A DNA stretch of 43,815 nt, from assembly GCA_021774955.1 (NCBI GenBank), contig JAJFIN010000106.1:1-43815 (forward strand), given 5' to 3'. Below are positions 10,144 to 18,293 of this stretch, in pieces; positions within the stretch are counted from its first letter, which is position 1, and every line of letters starts with the position of its first letter. Source of the DNA: Alphaproteobacteria bacterium (GTDB lineage Bacteria; Pseudomonadota; Alphaproteobacteria; M2410). The notes beneath the pieces were generated by a model that searched no databases, was not told the origin of the DNA, and saw only the letters and a program-made list of their open reading frames with translations. The position numbers were made by a program, and so were the translations under genes.

Positions 10144-10177
10144 ACGGACCTCTTCACAGGGGTCCGTTTTTCTTTTT
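10144..10177 (+). terminator. Rho-independent terminator directly after the tRNA
   Basis: Stem ACGGACC (10144-10150) pairs with GGTCCGT (10160-10166) and is followed by TTTTTCTTTTT. Confidence 0.8.
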
Positions 10178-10263
10178 AGCGCATAACACTTAACGAAGCG
10201 ATTCGCTTTATATTACAAACTGTATCACAATGTACTTACACTGCAAGAACATTGTGATAAATC

Positions 10264-10470
10264 ATGCCCGCCAAGAAGTCAGGTCAAGCAACAACTGAAC
10301 AGTTTTCCGTGACATTGCCATCTCAAGCAATTGAAATGCTTGAGCAATTGGTCGTGGTTGGACTATACGGCAACAGCAGGGCCGAAGTAGCCCGCACACT
10401 AATGCTTAGCCGTCTGGAACAAATCGTAGGCCTGGGCATCATTCAGGCCAAAAGGGCACCCAAGCGCTAA
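10264..10470 (+). CDS. Ribbon-helix-helix (CopG-like) small protein
   Basis: 68-aa ORF. The beta-strand-then-helices pattern FSVTLPSQAIEMLEQLV..GLYGNSRAEVARTLM is typical of RHH proteins. Confidence 0.55.
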   Translation: MPAKKSGQATTEQFSVTLPSQAIEMLEQLVVVGLYGNSRAEVARTLMLSRLEQIVGLGIIQAKRAPKR

Positions 10471-10718
10471 TGCTGGTTCTTCCACCCGCCATCTAGGGCA
10501 CCAAGTTGCTTTTTAATCTCATAATGCACCCGCGACCAAAAGCGGTTGCCTTTGCCATCCTGTAATGTCGCAATGCACTCATCTTTGGCTATGCCAATAG
10601 CTCTATTACCATGTGTCTCAATGAGACTGGATGCAGCAAATTCGATGGTGCGTTTTTGGGCGCGGCGTATTTCTTCAGGTGTAAGTCCTAATTGTGACAG
10701 GCGTTCACTTGGTGTCAT
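10467..10718 (-). CDS. Hypothetical protein
   Basis: 83-aa ORF, convergent with the RHH gene. No recognisable family. Confidence 0.4.
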   Translation of the reverse strand: MTPSERLSQLGLTPEEIRRAQKRTIEFAASSLIETHGNRAIGIAKDECIATLQDGKGNRFWSRVHYEIKKQLGALDGGWKNQH

Positions 10719-11091
10719 CAGTCAAGTCTCCAACATCGAAGGTAAAAACCTGTATAGGCAAATTCCATGCAGAAATGGTTTCCTCAAGCCGTAATCGGTC
10801 CCTAAGGCAGTTGGCCGGAGTGTCGTGGCAAACCAGATAAATTGCAGGCTTTTTATCTAGGGATTCTGCATAATGTAGGGATTGGCCTATCGCTTCCGCC
10901 CATTTCTCAGTCCAGTCAACCTCAATGGCATAGGTGTCATCCACACAGTCCGCCCTAGCCCCCGACGGGATGACAACCTCCATCTCTTTACCTGCGCATA
11001 TAATTGCCTGCACATCGGCCTCACTCATGCCATCGGCGGAAGCTGCGCCCGTGGCTAAGAGCAGGCTAAGACACCCGATTATCGTTTTCAT
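10705..11091 (-). CDS. Secreted hypothetical protein with PD-(D/E)XK-like core
   Basis: Signal peptide [19 protein letters not shown], taking the start at the internal Met. The segment ADCVDDTYAIEVDWTEKWAEAIGQSLHYA resembles a restriction-endonuclease-like core, but this is weak. Confidence 0.5.
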   Translation of the reverse strand: MKTIIGCLSLLLATGAASADGMSEADVQAIICAGKEMEVVIPSGARADCVDDTYAIEVDWTEKWAEAIGQSLHYAESLDKKPAIYLVCHDTPANCLRDRLRLEETISAWNLPIQVFTFDVGDLTDDTK

Positions 11092-11518
11092 GGGCAAGGC
11101 TCCATAGCAAAAACAGTTTAGGGCCGGGCTCAGAGCATAGCACACCTTTATTCCGCCAGTGTTTCAAACAAGCCCCTATGCGCTTCTGCATGAGCCTCAC
11201 AGTGTGTTTGTCGGCTGTATTGAGTCCTCTATCCGCCATAAGGCGAAGGGCAAGGTCTCTTGACGTAAGGGGCTTGTCGGAGTCTCTCAGGGCCGCCAGA
11301 ACGCCTCTTGTGACCTGCCCCTTATATGCCGCATACCGTGGCGGGACAGGCTTTGGCCGCACGTCCTCTAGGTCAATATCCGGCTTATAAAGCCTGATCG
11401 TGGCGTCCACATTGTCCAAGTCTATAACGCATTGCCGGACTGCATCTTGGTAGTGTTCCAAGAGCCCCGCTATCTCGGAACGCTTCTTCAATAACCCGGA
11501 AAGTACGTGATCGCTCAT
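11066..11518 (-). CDS. Hypothetical protein (possible winged-helix)
   Basis: 150-aa ORF next to the transposon right end. No confident family. Confidence 0.45.
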   Translation of the reverse strand: MSDHVLSGLLKKRSEIAGLLEHYQDAVRQCVIDLDNVDATIRLYKPDIDLEDVRPKPVPPRYAAYKGQVTRGVLAALRDSDKPLTSRDLALRLMADRGLNTADKHTVRLMQKRIGACLKHWRNKGVLCSEPGPKLFLLWSLAHENDNRVS

Positions 11519-11551
11519 GCCTTATTCTAGGCAGGCAGGGATTCACTTCTA

Positions 11552-11573
11552 GGTGTGTTTGCTACATAATGCC
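11552..11573. repeat. Right terminal inverted repeat of the IS1595-family transposon
   Basis: GGTGTGTTTGCTACATAATGCC is the reverse complement of 7681-7702 with one mismatch. Confidence 0.85.
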
Positions 11574-11703
11574 GGAATTCTCCCGCGGCGTTCTGGACTC
11601 CCTGCGCCAGCCTTTGGAGACCGGCGAAGCGGTGATCGCGCGGGCTAATGCCCATGTCACCTATCCTGCCCGGGTTCAGTTGATCGCGGCGATGAATCCG
11701 TGA
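11574..11703 (+). pseudogene. comM: comM middle fragment (between the two insertions)
   Basis: Continues the comM frame as (E)[41 protein letters not shown] and then stops at TGA 11701-11703, where ComM proteins normally continue with a Cys-rich segment. Confidence 0.85.
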
Positions 11704-13214
11704 GGTTTTGTTGCCTTGGCGTCGGACTTTAGCGAAGCTGGAATGTTAAGAAGATTGATTACGACTTCTTCTTTTCCAATAATGATTGTGTCCGTTATGG
11801 TTTCGATCAGCTGACGCTTTTCTGTCCTTGAGAACTGATCCCATCGATTAGCTAAATCTTGGACGTCTGACAGAGCGGCAGCGTCCGCTGTGCTTGATAT
11901 CCTCAGAACGTCAAGTTGCGCTTGGAGGCGTGGCAGTTCCTCTTCGAGCTGCGATTGTCGGAGCGACAATGGCTTATGACGCCGACCGAATGCTTCTTTG
12001 GTGAGTTCGTCTGCTATGTATAGCTCATAGAGACGATCATCCTCGGCGTTGAGCTTTTTCAATTCATCCTTGGCTGATTGGATCAGCGCCCCTTTTTCTT
12101 GGATTGCGTCGTTAGCCGCCTCAATATGTGCGGCAATTTCGTCAGGCGAGAGGAGGAATTGGGACAGCTGGTCGCGGTATACGGCCTCAAGATCAGTGAT
12201 CGGGATCTTATTCTTGCACCCAGAGCAGATGTACTTCAGGGCTGACGGTCTTGCATACATCTTGGTGCCACAGGCACAAAAGGCGTAGCCGGAGAATAGG
12301 TGTACATTCTCACGAGACGGCTTTTTGTGTGATGCTCGATGCCGTTCAAGTATTCCGCTGCACTCCTCCCACAGCTCTGTGCTTACAATCGCCTCAACGG
12401 GCGTCCAGACCCATTCGTTTTCGGGCTTAAGTTCCCATGACTTGGTACGGTCGTTGGTACGAGTATAGTTCTGGCGATAGAGGCCCTTTGCAGTTGGATC
12501 TCGAAGGAGACGATCCACCGTGGTGTCAGAAAAATGAGCGCCCTTTCGGGTTCGGTATCCACGTTCATTAAGGATTCGCGCGACTGTTTTCTTGCGGCGG
12601 TGCTCGGCAAAGAGTTCGTACATGAGCGCCCGGACGGAGCGTTCATTAGGATCTGGTTCAAGTTTCTTGTTGTTCCAGCGATACCCGAATGGTGCAGCGC
12701 CTCCAATAGGTCGTCCCAGCTTCGCGCGAATCGGGACTGAGGCGGCAACGCGCTCTGCGATTTCTTCTCGCTCCCACTGGGCCATTGCGGCGATGACCGT
12801 AAAGAAGAGGCGACCTGCAGGCGAGCTTGTGTCTATCGCTTCTTGAAGGGAGACCATGTCGGCTCCCGCATCGCGAAATGAATCTGCAAATTCAAGAAGC
12901 TCTTTGGTGTTGCGAGCGAGGCGAGCGATTTTGGAAAAGATGAGGCCGCTGATGTGACCTGAGTGAATGTCAGCGAGCATGCGTTTTGCTTCTGCATGTC
13001 CCATCACGGCTTTTCCACTTACTGCATCAAGCCGGTATACTTCGCGCACACGCCAACCACGCGCTTCCGCGTACATACGTGCACGTTTTTCATGCACCTC
13101 GGGACTTTCGCCCCTCACCTGATCTTCGGTTGAGACGCGAATCCAGATGCCAACTTGCTTTGGTGCTGAATCTCTGTATTTTTCCGTACTGTTTGCCATG
13201 GCCATACTCAACAC
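11676..13214 (-). CDS. Large serine recombinase (resolvase domain, recombinase domain, zinc ribbon, coiled coil), copy 1
   Basis: 512-aa ORF with the catalytic region [22 protein letters not shown] and a Cys cluster CACG...CSGC. Its last 8 codons and stop lie inside comM sequence. Confidence 0.9.
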   Translation of the reverse strand: MLSMAMANSTEKYRDSAPKQVGIWIRVSTEDQVRGESPEVHEKRARMYAEARGWRVREVYRLDAVSGKAVMGHAEAKRMLADIHSGHISGLIFSKIARLARNTKELLEFADSFRDAGADMVSLQEAIDTSSPAGRLFFTVIAAMAQWEREEIAERVAASVPIRAKLGRPIGGAAPFGYRWNNKKLEPDPNERSVRALMYELFAEHRRKKTVARILNERGYRTRKGAHFSDTTVDRLLRDPTAKGLYRQNYTRTNDRTKSWELKPENEWVWTPVEAIVSTELWEECSGILERHRASHKKPSRENVHLFSGYAFCACGTKMYARPSALKYICSGCKNKIPITDLEAVYRDQLSQFLLSPDEIAAHIEAANDAIQEKGALIQSAKDELKKLNAEDDRLYELYIADELTKEAFGRRHKPLSLRQSQLEEELPRLQAQLDVLRISSTADAAALSDVQDLANRWDQFSRTEKRQLIETITDTIIIGKEEVVINLLNIPASLKSDAKATKPHGFIAAIN

Positions 13215-13331
13215 TGTGTCGCTAGATTCTAGCGCTGATGGGTATATATTCTCAAGGGGAAAGAACTGGTGTAGAGACTATACTTAAGTACGACCACATA
13301 GCGCGATTGGGAACGAACCTCCGATCTCGCT

Positions 13332-13388
13332 GGTAAATTGCTGCGGTGCATCCGGTCCACCGTAAGCGCAAACGGCAGAAAATTTCCT
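13332..13388 (+). repeat. Possible short or degenerate member of the island repeat family
   Basis: GGTAAATTGCTGCGGTGCATCC...GGCAGAAAATTTCC shares the GGTAAATT...GGTGCA core and the GAAAAT(T/C)T end with the 117-bp repeats. It has its own terminal inverted symmetry. Confidence 0.4.
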
Positions 13389-13479
13389 GCTAAGTGATCC
13401 GAAGAATGGGCACGCCTCACAATCAATTTTTCCTGACTTTTCTGAACTAAAATACAGAATTAGGATATATTGAATTAGG

Positions 13480-15390
13480 ATGCCAAATTGCCACCCTCTG
13501 CAATATGAAATTTGGATCTACATTATGTGGCCACCAAAAAACAGTAACCGATCATTGGATGGCCCCCGCCCTATCCCCTTGAAGCTTCAAGAACAGTTAG
13601 CTCTGTGCGCTACCTTCCCAGAGCGCGTTCTATTTATCGATATAGAGACAACGGGCTTAAGCCACTATTACGACGAGATTACAATTGTTGGCTGGTCGTT
13701 TGGTGGACGGGCATCGACCTTTGTCAAAGGTCAAGACCTTAGTCTACTCCTGGAAGATGCTGCAAATGCCAAAATCCTTGTCACCTTTAATGGAATACGT
13801 TTTGACCAACGTTTTCTCCGTCAGGAGTTTCCAGAAATCGCACTGCCCGAGGCGCATATTGATCTCATGTATTTATGTCGCCGCGTTGGTCTGACAGGAG
13901 GGCAAAAGGCAATAGAAAATGAGCTGGGCTTGCTATTCAGAGAAGACATTGTGGGCGTCGATGGGTTTGCCGCGGTTCTTTTGTGGCATCGTTATCTTCG
14001 CGGAGATTTGGGTGCCCTTAAGTCGCTCATTCATTACAACCGTGCTGACATTGCGGCGATGGGAGCCATCCTTGATGATGTACTTTCACGGTTCATCATC
14101 AATCCTGACCTGTTTGCAACGCCCATTGAATTTCTACATTGGTCAGCACCTCCGGGTTGGCGTGAACTTCCGGAGGATTTGAAACCTGCATCTGAGGATT
14201 TGACCAAAGCACTGCGGTTTGTGGATATATTTGAGGCGACCCCTGCCAAAGATGCACGAATTGTTGGTATAGACCTTACAGGTTCAGAAAAGCGCGCAAC
14301 TGGTTGGTGTCTGCTGGATGGCTCATATGCGACAACAACATTGCTTACCTCTGACCAAGAGATTTTGGAGAGTACAATCGGCGCAAAACCCGATCTGGTT
14401 TCTATCGACTCTCCTCTTTGCCTTCCCTCTGGTCGCATAACAGTGGAAGATTCCGACCCAGGTCGAGAGCAATACGGTATTATGCGTCAATGTGAACGTG
14501 AGCTAAAAAAGCGCGGTATTAATGTTTATCCCAGCCTCCTTCCGAGCATGCAGAAGTTGACAGCGCGGGGCATATTCCTTGCACAGCAACTCAGGGAGAA
14601 AGGTATCCCTGTGATTGAAAGTTATCCAGGTGCTGCACAGGATATTATGCGCATCCCCCGTAAAGGGGCAGGGGTTGAATGGTTGCGGCTTGGTTTGAGT
14701 GATTTTGGTATCACTGGCGATTATCAAAACGAAAATGTTTCGCACGATGAACTTGATGCCATCACTTCGGCGCTTGTCGGAACATTTCACATGGCAGGTC
14801 TTTCAGAGGCACTTGGTACGGAAGAAGAACCGCCATTGATAATCCCAAAACTCGATAAAGAGCAGGGGCCATATGTGATTGGTATTAGTGGACCGATTGC
14901 GGCAGGAAAAACAACGTTTGCCCAGGCACTTGCAGACAAGGGGTTTGCCTATACTCGGTTTAGCCTGGTGATCGATGATATGCTTAGTAAGCAAGGTTTA
15001 GAGCTGGATCGCATCAACCGGCAAAAACTGGGGGGTGAAATCAATGCTGATGGTCGTCAACGTTGGTTGGCTGAACAGACTATCCGCAAGGTCGAAGGGG
15101 CTTCTCACATCGTGGTAGATGGTCTCAGGTTTCCCGAAGATCACGCCTATCTTGTCGAGAAATTTGGTGCTCGATTTCATCATATTTATATAGAAGCAGA
15201 CGAGGCTATCCGACGAAACCGCTATAACCAACGAGGAAAAGAGGGCGGTTTTGATGCTGCTTCAGGCTCGGACGTTGAGAAAAGGGTGATTGAACTAGCT
15301 TCGATCTCACATGAGAAATTTGTTAACAATGCGAGCAAATCAGATATTGTGAATCATGTAACTGATTTGATTCATGATATAAAAAGGTAG
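13480..15390 (+). CDS. Three-domain fusion: DEDDy 3'-5' exonuclease (YprB/RNase_H_2-like), DUF429-like RNase-H-fold domain and P-loop nucleotide kinase-like domain
   Basis: Exo motifs FIDIETTG, FNGIRFDQRF and HYNRAD. The middle domain has IVGIDLTGSEKRATGW, LVSIDSPLCLP and HDELDAITSALVG. The C-terminal part has Walker A GISGPIAAGKTT and VVDGLRFPED. Confidence 0.75.
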   Translation: MPNCHPLQYEIWIYIMWPPKNSNRSLDGPRPIPLKLQEQLALCATFPERVLFIDIETTGLSHYYDEITIVGWSFGGRASTFVKGQDLSLLLEDAANAKILVTFNGIRFDQRFLRQEFPEIALPEAHIDLMYLCRRVGLTGGQKAIENELGLLFREDIVGVDGFAAVLLWHRYLRGDLGALKSLIHYNRADIAAMGAILDDVLSRFIINPDLFATPIEFLHWSAPPGWRELPEDLKPASEDLTKALRFVDIFEATPAKDARIVGIDLTGSEKRATGWCLLDGSYATTTLLTSDQEILESTIGAKPDLVSIDSPLCLPSGRITVEDSDPGREQYGIMRQCERELKKRGINVYPSLLPSMQKLTARGIFLAQQLREKGIPVIESYPGAAQDIMRIPRKGAGVEWLRLGLSDFGITGDYQNENVSHDELDAITSALVGTFHMAGLSEALGTEEEPPLIIPKLDKEQGPYVIGISGPIAAGKTTFAQALADKGFAYTRFSLVIDDMLSKQGLELDRINRQKLGGEINADGRQRWLAEQTIRKVEGASHIVVDGLRFPEDHAYLVEKFGARFHHIYIEADEAIRRNRYNQRGKEGGFDAASGSDVEKRVIELASISHEKFVNNASKSDIVNHVTDLIHDIKR

Positions 15391-15395
15391 GAATT

Positions 15396-16439
15396 ATGCC
15401 AGTTTCAATCGTAGTCGGTGGCCAGTTTGGCTCTGAGGGCAAAGGCAAAATATCACTCGAACTCGCCAGACAGTCGAAATCTCCAATAACTGTCGTTCGT
15501 GTGGGCGGATCAAATTCCGGACACACTGCATATAATCGCGAGGGCAAGAAATATGCGCTGCGGCAATTGCCTGCTGGCTGCATAGATCGAAACGTTGATG
15601 TGGTTTTCCCAGCAGGTGCCTATATCGATGTTAACATTTTGCTTGATGAAATCGAACAACTTCAATTTCCCAGGGATCGCATCAAGATAAGCAGTTTTGC
15701 TCGAATTATTACCTCTGAGCACAAAGCTTGGGAGCGAGAGGCTGGCCTCGGCGGCGCAATTGGCTCGACCGGTTCAGGCGTTGGTGCGGCGGTCATGGCA
15801 TCCGTCGCCCGGGGGGCCGCAAACTTCAAATTGCATTCATTGGATGCCGAACATTCTGGCAAGCTGGAAGAATTCCTTTGTGATTCCTCAGATCTCCTTC
15901 GCAAACGCCTAGACAAAGGATGCCGTGTTATTATCGAAGGCTCTCAGGGCTTCGGGCTTTCTTTACTCGAAGGTGGGTATTGGCCAAAAGCAACCTCACG
16001 GTCAACTACAGCAGCGGCAGCGCTTACAGAAACAGGCCTTAGCCCGCGTGACGTGGATGACATCACGATGGTTCTTCGTTCGTATCCGATCAGGGTAGCT
16101 GGCGAATCCGGACCTCTTCCAGGAGAAACAACCTGGGAAGAAATTGCTCAAACGGTAGGAATGAATGAGGACATTCGGGAATACACCACTGTTACGAAAA
16201 AACTCCGCCGTGTCGGCCGGTTTGATGCTGAACTGGTACGCCGTGCCCTCACCGTGAACGCGCCAACTCGTTTGGTGTTGAACCATATGGACTATATTGG
16301 CTCGATTGATGAGCTGAGTGACCCGAAAAGCAGACTAAGGCAGTTTATATCTGGGCTCGAATTTGATATCGACCGCAAGATCGATTGGTTTGGCTTCTCT
16401 GGGTTTGATGTGGCTCAAGCTGAAAGCCATGTCGCGTGA
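15396..16439 (+). CDS. Short-form adenylosuccinate synthetase homologue (PurA/PurZ-like)
   Basis: 347 aa. It carries GGQFGSEGKGK (canonical GDEGKGK with Asp replaced by Ser), GGSNSGHT, GSTGSGVG, EGSQGFGLS, GESGPLPGE and TTVTKKLRRVGRFD. It is about 80 aa shorter than bacterial PurA. Confidence 0.8.
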   Translation: MPVSIVVGGQFGSEGKGKISLELARQSKSPITVVRVGGSNSGHTAYNREGKKYALRQLPAGCIDRNVDVVFPAGAYIDVNILLDEIEQLQFPRDRIKISSFARIITSEHKAWEREAGLGGAIGSTGSGVGAAVMASVARGAANFKLHSLDAEHSGKLEEFLCDSSDLLRKRLDKGCRVIIEGSQGFGLSLLEGGYWPKATSRSTTAAAALTETGLSPRDVDDITMVLRSYPIRVAGESGPLPGETTWEEIAQTVGMNEDIREYTTVTKKLRRVGRFDAELVRRALTVNAPTRLVLNHMDYIGSIDELSDPKSRLRQFISGLEFDIDRKIDWFGFSGFDVAQAESHVA

Positions 16440-17584
16440 CGGATAAGTCTAGTGAGGTCCCGGAATCCGAGCCCGAGCCCGAGCCCGAGCCCGAAGAAGC
16501 GCTGTATATTGACCGGGCAACCGCAAAAGCAACGGCTGAGAAGTTTGGTAAGGATGGAGTAGACCCGAATCCATCAATACCTCACTCCCTGTTATCTGCA
16601 GAGCACATACGTGATTACGTTAAAAGAACGGGTCTTATCGGACCATATAACAATGGAACTGGAGCAAAGACACGGCTCAAAAAGGCTGCATATGAAGGAA
16701 GAATTGGCGAACACGCCTATTTATTCAACAAAGAGGGTGTTCTAGAAGAGTGCTTTCTTGAGGGCGGCCTCCTGGTTCCGGCCAACTCTATTGTTTTCGT
16801 TGAATGTGATTTGGACTTCCGTCTCCCCGAATTTATCGCTCTACGATTTAATCTCCAAATTAGACACGTGCACAGAGGGTTGTTGCTAGGAACGGGACCT
16901 TTGGTAGACCCAGGCTATTGGGGGAAGTTGTGCATACCCTTGCATAACCTGACTGACGAAGATTACCTAATTCCACTTGATGAAGGACTCATTTGGCTGG
17001 AGTTTACAAAAACAACGTCTAATCTGGGTGTTCGAGACAAGGCTATTGGGCGAGCGCCTCTTGGTAAGGAATTCTGGGATATTCAGGAATTCATTACCAA
17101 GGCTCAAAAGCCGTATAGTGGAATTGGAAGACACCCCCCCATTCGTAGCTCTATGGGTGCTATGGTTACAAATATGTTTGAAGAGGCCAAGAAGAAGGCT
17201 GACACGGCTATATCACGTGTGCGACTAATATTGGGTCTGGGGGGTGTTGCTGTTATTGGTATTACCATAGGTGTTTATCAATTATGGGCTGCATATGTTT
17301 CAATGTATGATAGACAGTATGAAGAGCTTCGGCAGCCGTTAATTCAACTTCAGAATAATGTTGCGGACATAAATAGACAGCTTCAAAACTCGGAAGACAG
17401 CGCTACTGTCCAACCTGAGTTCTCCTTGCTATTAAAAGAATTGCAAACGATGACCACTAAGATTGAGTCACTCAATCAAAACAGTGCATTGCTCGAACGT
17501 ATTCTAAATCTTGAGAATGAATTGAGTATCATTCGATCTGAGTTAACACCGAGTAGCGCTGAAGGAACTAAGCTTGCAGAATAG
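16436..17584 (+). CDS. dCTP deaminase/dUTPase-fold protein with C-terminal TM helix and coiled coil
   Basis: GTG start overlaps the upstream stop (GTGA). An acidic EP repeat sits at the N-terminus. The Dcd/Dut-like core is PANSIVFVECDLDFRLP...GPLVDPGYWGKLCIPLHNLT. The TM segment is LILGLGGVAVIGITIGVYQLWAAYV, followed by a heptad-like tail. Confidence 0.7.
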   Translation: MTDKSSEVPESEPEPEPEPEEALYIDRATAKATAEKFGKDGVDPNPSIPHSLLSAEHIRDYVKRTGLIGPYNNGTGAKTRLKKAAYEGRIGEHAYLFNKEGVLEECFLEGGLLVPANSIVFVECDLDFRLPEFIALRFNLQIRHVHRGLLLGTGPLVDPGYWGKLCIPLHNLTDEDYLIPLDEGLIWLEFTKTTSNLGVRDKAIGRAPLGKEFWDIQEFITKAQKPYSGIGRHPPIRSSMGAMVTNMFEEAKKKADTAISRVRLILGLGGVAVIGITIGVYQLWAAYVSMYDRQYEELRQPLIQLQNNVADINRQLQNSEDSATVQPEFSLLLKELQTMTTKIESLNQNSALLERILNLENELSIIRSELTPSSAEGTKLAE

Positions 17585-18293
17585 ATATGCCGGGGATATT
17601 GGCGACTATATAAAGCTGGCCCTTCTGCGGCATCTCTCCGTAGGTAAAAATCTCGGTATCGCTTGGTATCTACATCCTGACGAGAATCTTAATTCGGATG
17701 GGAAACACACCAGTTATCTCACCGACAAGGAGAAATGGCGTCCGCTTGATCCCGAATTGTTCGACACCCTCACGAAAGTGGTTTCAAAGACCCGATCAAT
17801 TGCAGCACTCCAAACCTCTGGCATGTTGAATGCTGTTTATTGGAGTGAGCCGCTGGCAATAGCTTCTGTGCTCGCGAGCAAGCGGTGTGATTATCGATCT
17901 AGATGGTTTAATGCCGCTTTGAAACAATTGAAAACATGCAATCTTATTTTTGCTGATCCCGACAATGGAATTATCGATGATGGCGAACATCGCAGGCGGC
18001 AACCGACCTTCGGAAAACAAATGCCTCTGTTCGAAGTGTTGACGATTTCAAATAGCAGAACTGCTATTATCTACCACCATAACACCCGTTTCAAAGGCGG
18101 GCATGATGCTGAGGTCGATCACTGGCTAGCCCAATTGGGGCCGGATGCCATAGCAGTGAGAGCGAACGCCTATAGTTGCCGCACGTTCTTCATTGTTAAT
18201 CCTGATATAGAAACCAAAAATAGGGCAGAGGGTTTTTGCAAGCAGTGGTCCGATCATAAGGTAAGACTGCATCTTTCACTAAACGACCGGTGA
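17574..18293 (+). CDS. Hypothetical protein, fourth gene of the operon
   Basis: 239-aa ORF with a TTG start and an 11-nt overlap with the upstream gene. GAAGGAA lies 9 nt upstream. Motifs GDIGDYIKLALLRHL and LIFADPDNGI resemble motifs of RlmJ-like methyltransferase folds, but only loosely. Confidence 0.6.
   Translation: MQNRYAGDIGDYIKLALLRHLSVGKNLGIAWYLHPDENLNSDGKHTSYLTDKEKWRPLDPELFDTLTKVVSKTRSIAALQTSGMLNAVYWSEPLAIASVLASKRCDYRSRWFNAALKQLKTCNLIFADPDNGIIDDGEHRRRQPTFGKQMPLFEVLTISNSRTAIIYHHNTRFKGGHDAEVDHWLAQLGPDAIAVRANAYSCRTFFIVNPDIETKNRAEGFCKQWSDHKVRLHLSLNDR

Larger units (their letters stand above)
7681..11573. mobile_element. IS1595-family transposon with passenger genes and a tRNA (3893 bp)
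   Basis: The 22-bp terminal inverted repeats GGCATTATGTAGCAAACGCACC (7681-7702) and the reverse complement of 11552-11573 match at 21/22. A 10-bp direct duplication flanks them, an IS1595-type transposase lies inside, and removing the element restores the comM frame (DELPEFS|RGVLDSL). Confidence 0.85.

Noticed and set aside
15396-16439. Housekeeping purA
   Set aside because: The protein is about 80 aa shorter than bacterial PurA and has a Ser in place of the P-loop Asp. It is translationally coupled to nuclease and dCTP-deaminase-like genes inside a foreign island. I treat it as a specialised paralogue, but phylogeny is needed.
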